Part shown: positions 7,292-10,789 of the stretch, in pieces
Position numbering within the stretch: position 1 is the first letter of the stretch
Layout of the letters: the number at the start of each line of letters is the position of its first letter
IMG/VR virus record: IMGVR_UViG_2917849834_000008
Coordinates: 1-10,789 of that record
Strand: one strand, 5' to 3'
Source: a virus
Lineage: Duplodnaviria > Heunggongvirae > Uroviricota > Caudoviricetes
Length of the DNA stretch: 10,789 nucleotides
Made by a program: the position numbers and the translations under genes
Notes under the pieces: generated by a model
What the model saw: only the letters and a program-made list of their open reading frames with translations
Database searches by the model: none
What the model was told of the DNA's origin: nothing

Positions 7292-7556
7292 GTGAGCCAA
7301 AAGCCTCTGAACAACGCTTGCTGAGTTGCTCAACCTGCGCGTTTAAATCAGCAAAAGATTTTGCGCTTCCGGTCAGAATATCGTGATGCATCATGCCGGA
7401 AACGAGCTGGCTTAATTTCGGGTAATAACCAACCACCGCCAGCCATTCCTGACCGGCGTTTTTACCGCTTTCCGCTCTCTTTTTCTCGTGGAGAATAAAC
7501 TGAAAGCTGTCACTGGTAACGACATAACGTTCGCCAATGTCAATACGAATACTCAT
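7281..7556 (-). CDS. Hypothetical protein; by position corresponds to the small ORFs between B and A in P2 (orf83-like)
   Basis: 91 aa ORF with ATG start; its stop overlaps the A start region and its start overlaps the upstream ORF stop by 4 nt (ATGA). Composition matches neighbouring phage genes. Confidence 0.55.
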   Translation of the reverse strand: MSIRIDIGERYVVTSDSFQFILHEKKRAESGKNAGQEWLAVVGYYPKLSQLVSGMMHHDILTGSAKSFADLNAQVEQLSKRCSEAFGSHGR

Positions 7557-7783
7557 GCCGTTCTCCGGTAATGTTTGTTTTTTGCTTCAAAGACTGACTG
7601 ACAGGAAACACAACGCGTGGCTGACGGATAAGCCGCACGACGGGCAGCAGGTATTGGCGCGTCACACTCTTCGCAAACCAGCGCAGAAGCACCGCAATGT
7701 TTTACCCTTGCCGCGTTAATCTGGCGCTCCAGTAATTCAGCCTGTTGTTCCTGAATAAAATCTACGTTGTCCGGCATTATCAA
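7553..7783 (-). CDS. TraR/DksA-family C4 zinc-finger protein (P2 orf82-like)
   Basis: 76 aa ORF with CEEC-x17-CVSC (CxxC-x17-CxxC), the TraR/DksA zinc-finger spacing. 4-nt overlaps with both neighbours. TTG start at 7783 per ORF track. Confidence 0.7.
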   Translation of the reverse strand: MIMPDNVDFIQEQQAELLERQINAARVKHCGASALVCEECDAPIPAARRAAYPSATRCVSCQSVFEAKNKHYRRTA

Positions 7784-8082
7784 CTCCTTTTATCGTTAAG
7801 TTTCCTGGATACATCAGCGCAATAACTGGCGAGTTCTGTCGTTAATTTTGTCAGTTCATCCACTGAGGAAATTTGCTTGTGGAATACAGCGCGTTTAACA
7901 AGTAAATTGACCACATCAGACAGGAGATTTAATTCATTCTGATAAATCGCGATAACAGATTCAGTTATGTCGCGTTTTTCTTTATCAAGACAAAGTTGAA
8001 TAAGAGATAAATCACCATTTTCCATAACGGCGATTTTTAAGGCGTTATTCAGTAATACAACTGAATGAGAGCAGGACATCAA
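7780..8082 (-). CDS. Hypothetical protein (P2 orf81-like by position)
   Basis: 100 aa ORF, translationally coupled by 4-nt overlaps to the upstream (8079..8303) and downstream (7553..7783) ORFs. Confidence 0.5.
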   Translation of the reverse strand: MMSCSHSVVLLNNALKIAVMENGDLSLIQLCLDKEKRDITESVIAIYQNELNLLSDVVNLLVKRAVFHKQISSVDELTKLTTELASYCADVSRKLNDKRS

Positions 8083-8303
8083 AGCACCTCCCCGCGAGAC
8101 AATCCGATATTGTGAAATTTTTCCGACTCCTGACTGAGCAGCTCGACTATCTCCACGCGGGATAACTCCGCCTTTGTGATGTGGCGAATCATGGCGTCAA
8201 GATGAGAAGAAAAGCGCGTCGCAGCGTCGGCCTGTGCTTCGGTTCTGGCCTGTTGCAGCAGTAATGCGTATTTACCGCACTGATTTTCAGAAACTGTATG
8301 CAT
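8079..8303 (-). CDS. Hypothetical protein (P2 orf80-like by position)
   Basis: 74 aa ORF, first of the four-ORF coupled chain downstream of B; start ATG at 8301-8303. Confidence 0.5.
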   Translation of the reverse strand: MHTVSENQCGKYALLLQQARTEAQADAATRFSSHLDAMIRHITKAELSRVEIVELLSQESEKFHNIGLSRGEVL

Positions 8304-8366
8304 GACTTTCTCCAGGCAAAAAGAAGCCCCGCACGATTAAGTGCGTTAAAAACTCTGGTTAATTAT

Positions 8367-8873
8367 TTAATGCAGATATTGCTCTGGTTTTACCGACGTC
8401 AGAATTGTCGGTGCATACTCAAACAGGCTGAATAATTCACGTAATGCACGGAATAAAGCATCACGCCAGTAACATGACTCTTCATTAATTCGCCAGTATG
8501 GCTGGTTGAATTCTTTTTCAGTCAATCCGGCATGCATAAATAAAGTACGGCGCTGACTGACAGTTAAAAAGCTAATATATGCATACTCACTTGCACCGAC
8601 CTGACGGCGTTTTGAGAATGCCCCACGCAATTCATCAATTGCACAAACCAGCCGTTCACGTTCGACGTCGTTCATTTCTTCAAAACGCATCGTTGCGTGA
8701 CGTTGTTTTAACTGCGCATGAAAGCAAACTGTTAGCCGTTCGCGCTCCATCATCTGATTATAATAATCACATGTATCCTGCCAGCGAGGGACGGCCAGAT
8801 GCTTACCAATTATCCGGCGCATAGCTGCTGGCTGTTTTTCAACGAGATTGAGCGTCATCACTGTCATTTCCAA
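8367..8873 (-). CDS. B: Replication protein B, P2 gpB-like (helicase-loader-type)
   Basis: 168 aa ORF (P2 gpB is about 166 aa as I recall) in the expected position between the cox/orf78 and orf80-83/A equivalents, same strand as A. Confidence 0.65.
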   Translation of the reverse strand: MEMTVMTLNLVEKQPAAMRRIIGKHLAVPRWQDTCDYYNQMMERERLTVCFHAQLKQRHATMRFEEMNDVERERLVCAIDELRGAFSKRRQVGASEYAYISFLTVSQRRTLFMHAGLTEKEFNQPYWRINEESCYWRDALFRALRELFSLFEYAPTILTSVKPEQYLH

Positions 8874-9061
8874 ACCCTCCGGCTTTTCAGAAAGGTCAGA
8901 GCCTTTTTTAAGGGACTCTGTTTTTTGGTACGGATAATGATTCCCTTGCGTCCCTTCCCGTGGGTGATGGTGAAGTCAATCGCCCTGGGGCTTTCGTTAC
9001 GCAATAACTGAGCAATACAACGCGGCTCATTCATAATCACAACCCCATCCACAAAAGCCAT
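8864..9061 (-). CDS. Hypothetical small protein (P2 orf78-like by position)
   Basis: 65 aa basic ORF between cox and B; overlaps the B start by 10 nt. Confidence 0.45.
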   Translation of the reverse strand: MAFVDGVVIMNEPRCIAQLLRNESPRAIDFTITHGKGRKGIIIRTKKQSPLKKALTFLKSRRVWK

Positions 9062-9324
9062 GCATCACGCTGTTCAACCGGTCGGTTATAAAACGCCTCA
9101 CGTACAGCGCGATTAAACTCAGGAATGAAAACCCATTTTTCACCGGCACGAGCCTTCGGTTTGCAAGGATCACGCAATTCAATAATTGGTAATTTATTTG
9201 CCTTCACCATTTCACTGACGGCTGTCTTTGGCTTCCCTAATAAATCAGCAAATTTATCCATATGAACCGCATCAAGCGGATACTGAATCACATAATTTTC
9301 AGCGTCCATATATGGTACCCTCAT
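9037..9324 (-). CDS. cox: Cox-like protein (excisionase / early-promoter transcriptional regulator)
   Basis: 95 aa ORF, first gene of the leftward early operon and divergent from C. The translation (...KLPIIELRDP...RAGEKWVFIPEFN...RDAWLLWMGL) follows the pattern I recall for P2 Cox (...KLPVID..DP...RAGEYWVYLP...RDGWLMWLGL). True start may be the internal Met (MDAENY). Confidence 0.65.
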   Translation of the reverse strand: MRVPYMDAENYVIQYPLDAVHMDKFADLLGKPKTAVSEMVKANKLPIIELRDPCKPKARAGEKWVFIPEFNRAVREAFYNRPVEQRDAWLLWMGL

Positions 9325-9386
9325 AGGATCCAGCCCTTTCTAAACCACTCAAAACCGTTTAGACGCTGGTTTATTCTCAAATCAAT

Positions 9387-9434
9387 GGAACCTATATAGG
9401 TTCCAGTTTTGAGGGAATTTAGTCCCTATATAGG
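9387..9434. promoter_or_regulatory. Immunity switch region: candidate C-repressor/Cox operators (repeated cctatatagg) overlapping the divergent early and repressor promoters
   Basis: Perfect 18-bp palindrome ggaacctatataggttcc at 9387-9404 and a second copy of the 10-mer cctatatagg at 9425-9434 (34 bp centre to centre), in the 121-bp gap between cox (start 9324) and C (start 9446). TATATA cores could double as -10 elements. Confidence 0.45.
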
Positions 9435-9445
9435 CACCATGTCAA

Positions 9446-9739
9446 ATGAAATTAAGCGAAAAGATTAAGGCCTTGCGTGAGGCGGAAGGGCTAAGCCAAT
9501 CAAAATTCTGTGAAATCATAGAGTTACCGCTAAGCACACTTAAAAAATATGAAGGAGGAAACTTTGAACCCGGTGGCACAGCTTTGCTAAAAATCACTAT
9601 GCATCCCACATTCCAAAAATATGCTCTATGGCTTATGACAGATAAAACCGCGCCGGACGCAGGACAAATCGCACCGGCTCTCGCGCACATTGGGCCAGAG
9701 TCAACAGAGTCCAACCACTCCGCGAAAAGGATTGGCTAA
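9446..9739 (+). CDS. C: Immunity repressor, P2 C-like
   Basis: 97 aa ORF (P2 C is about 99 aa), divergent from cox and directly upstream of int. N-terminal HTH-like segment (LSQSKFCEIIELPLSTLKKYE) and C-terminal GQIAPALAHIGPE, which I recall as conserved in P2-family C repressors. Confidence 0.75.
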   Translation: MKLSEKIKALREAEGLSQSKFCEIIELPLSTLKKYEGGNFEPGGTALLKITMHPTFQKYALWLMTDKTAPDAGQIAPALAHIGPESTESNHSAKRIG

Positions 9740-9808
9740 CTCTATATAAAGATTACATTTTCACCATTTGCTACCAAGATGGTGAATACAGCGCCGGAGG
9801 GCTTTCTT

Positions 9809-10789
9809 ATGGCAATTAAGAAGCTCGATGATGGTCGCTATGAAGTGGACATTAGACCTCGCGGTCGCGACGGAAAACGCATCCGCAGGAAATTCGAAAG
9901 AAAAGCTGAAGCACTAGCATTTGAGCGATACACAATCGCCAATGCCAGTCAGAAAGAATGGGGAGGCCAGCGAGCAGACCGCCGAACTTTGAGTGAGTTG
10001 CTGGACATCTGGTGGAAATATCACGGGCAAAACCACGAGCATGGAACAAAAGAGTTTAATCATCTACTCAAAACCATCAGCGGCATAGGTGATATACCAG
10101 TGAGCCGGATGAGCAAAAGGGCTTTGATGGATTATCGTTCCATGCGACTACGTGATGGTATCAGTGCCGCAACGATAAACCGTGACATGTACCGATTATC
10201 CGGCATGTTCACAAAATTAATTCAATTGGATGAATTTTCCGGGCAACACCCAATTCACGGACTGCCGCCACTGGCGGAGGCCAACCCTGAAATGACGTTC
10301 CTGGAAAAAGCAGAAATCGAAAAACTGTTAAATGTTTTGGCTGGTGATGACTTACTTGTCGCGCTTTTATGTCTGAGCACTGGAGGAAGATGGACGGAAG
10401 TTGCCACGCTAAAACCAGCACAGATTACAAATTGCAGGGTTACCTTCCTGAAAACCAAAAACGGTAAAAAGCGAACCGTGCCGATTTCTGAGGAACTGGA
10501 GAAAAAAGTTAAAGAGGAGGCCAGCGCCAAATTATTCAAAGTTGATTATGAGAAATTTTGCGGGATTTTACGCAGAGTGAAACCTGATATACCACCCAAT
10601 CAGGCAACCCACATCCTGCGGCATACATTCGCAAGCCATTTCATGATGAATGGGGGCAATATAATCGCACTGCAACAGATTCTGGGACATGCGAGCATTC
10701 AGCAGACGATGGCCTATGCGCACCTTGCGCCTGACTACCTGCAAAATGCCGTCGCTCTGAATCCACTAAAAGGCGGAGTGACGTTATAA
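9809..10789 (+). CDS. int: Tyrosine site-specific integrase, P2 Int-like
   Basis: ORF track gives 9779..10789 (336 aa). The ATG at 9809 (MAIKKLDDGRYEV...) is preceded by a strong SD ggaggg (9796-9801) and is the more likely start. C-terminal catalytic region has the tyrosine-recombinase pattern ...ATHILRHTFASHF...LGHASIQQTMAYAH. The stop coincides with the last base of the window, so attL/attR core should lie just beyond. Confidence 0.85.
   Translation: MAIKKLDDGRYEVDIRPRGRDGKRIRRKFERKAEALAFERYTIANASQKEWGGQRADRRTLSELLDIWWKYHGQNHEHGTKEFNHLLKTISGIGDIPVSRMSKRALMDYRSMRLRDGISAATINRDMYRLSGMFTKLIQLDEFSGQHPIHGLPPLAEANPEMTFLEKAEIEKLLNVLAGDDLLVALLCLSTGGRWTEVATLKPAQITNCRVTFLKTKNGKKRTVPISEELEKKVKEEASAKLFKVDYEKFCGILRRVKPDIPPNQATHILRHTFASHFMMNGGNIIALQQILGHASIQQTMAYAHLAPDYLQNAVALNPLKGGVTL

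Noticed and set aside
4985-7314. ORFs overlapping gene A (4985..5227 +, 5461..5799 -, 5519..5767 +, 6596..6865 +, 6982..7314 -)
   Set aside because: Embedded or antisense ORFs within the large, well-supported A gene; low-complexity translations.
7537-9011. Plus-strand ORFs antisense to the minus-strand early genes (7537..7719, 8579..8824, 8799..9011)
   Set aside because: Antisense to the coupled, syntenic minus-strand gene set; no start signals.
9442-10539. Minus-strand ORFs antisense to C and int (9442..9714, 9852..10049, 10209..10421, 10255..10539)
   Set aside because: Fully contained antisense ORFs within confidently assigned repressor and integrase genes.
1-10789. CRISPR arrays, tRNA/rRNA genes, IS elements or transposase fragments
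   Set aside because: No regularly spaced direct repeats, no tRNA-like cloverleaf candidates noticed, and no transposase-like ORFs or terminal inverted repeats; the only mobile element recognised is the prophage itself.

Overview
This window is the replication/immunity end of a P2-like (Peduovirus) prophage, read in reverse orientation relative to the classical P2 map. On the + strand it carries the 3' part of terminase ATPase gene P and portal gene Q, a rho-independent terminator and the joined cos site (2260-2278). A ~2.7 kb AT-rich cargo insert follows, at the position where P2 carries old/tin, a known anti-phage defence hotspot. On the minus strand are replication gene A (with the putative P2 ori nick sequence inside it), four small translationally coupled ORFs including a TraR/DksA zinc-finger protein, gene B, an orf78-like ORF and cox. 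The window ends with the divergent immunity repressor C and a tyrosine integrase on the + strand. The cargo encodes one ~736 aa ABC/SMC-type (AAA_13-like) ATPase with a coiled-coil CxxC zinc hook and a C-terminal domain showing a PrrC-like R-x3-E...H pattern, so it is an RloC-like candidate anticodon nuclease / abortive-infection protein. Its reading frame is broken just after the Walker A motif by a 1-nt frame change in an A8 homopolymer. All family assignments come from reading the translations and gene order; no database search was run.
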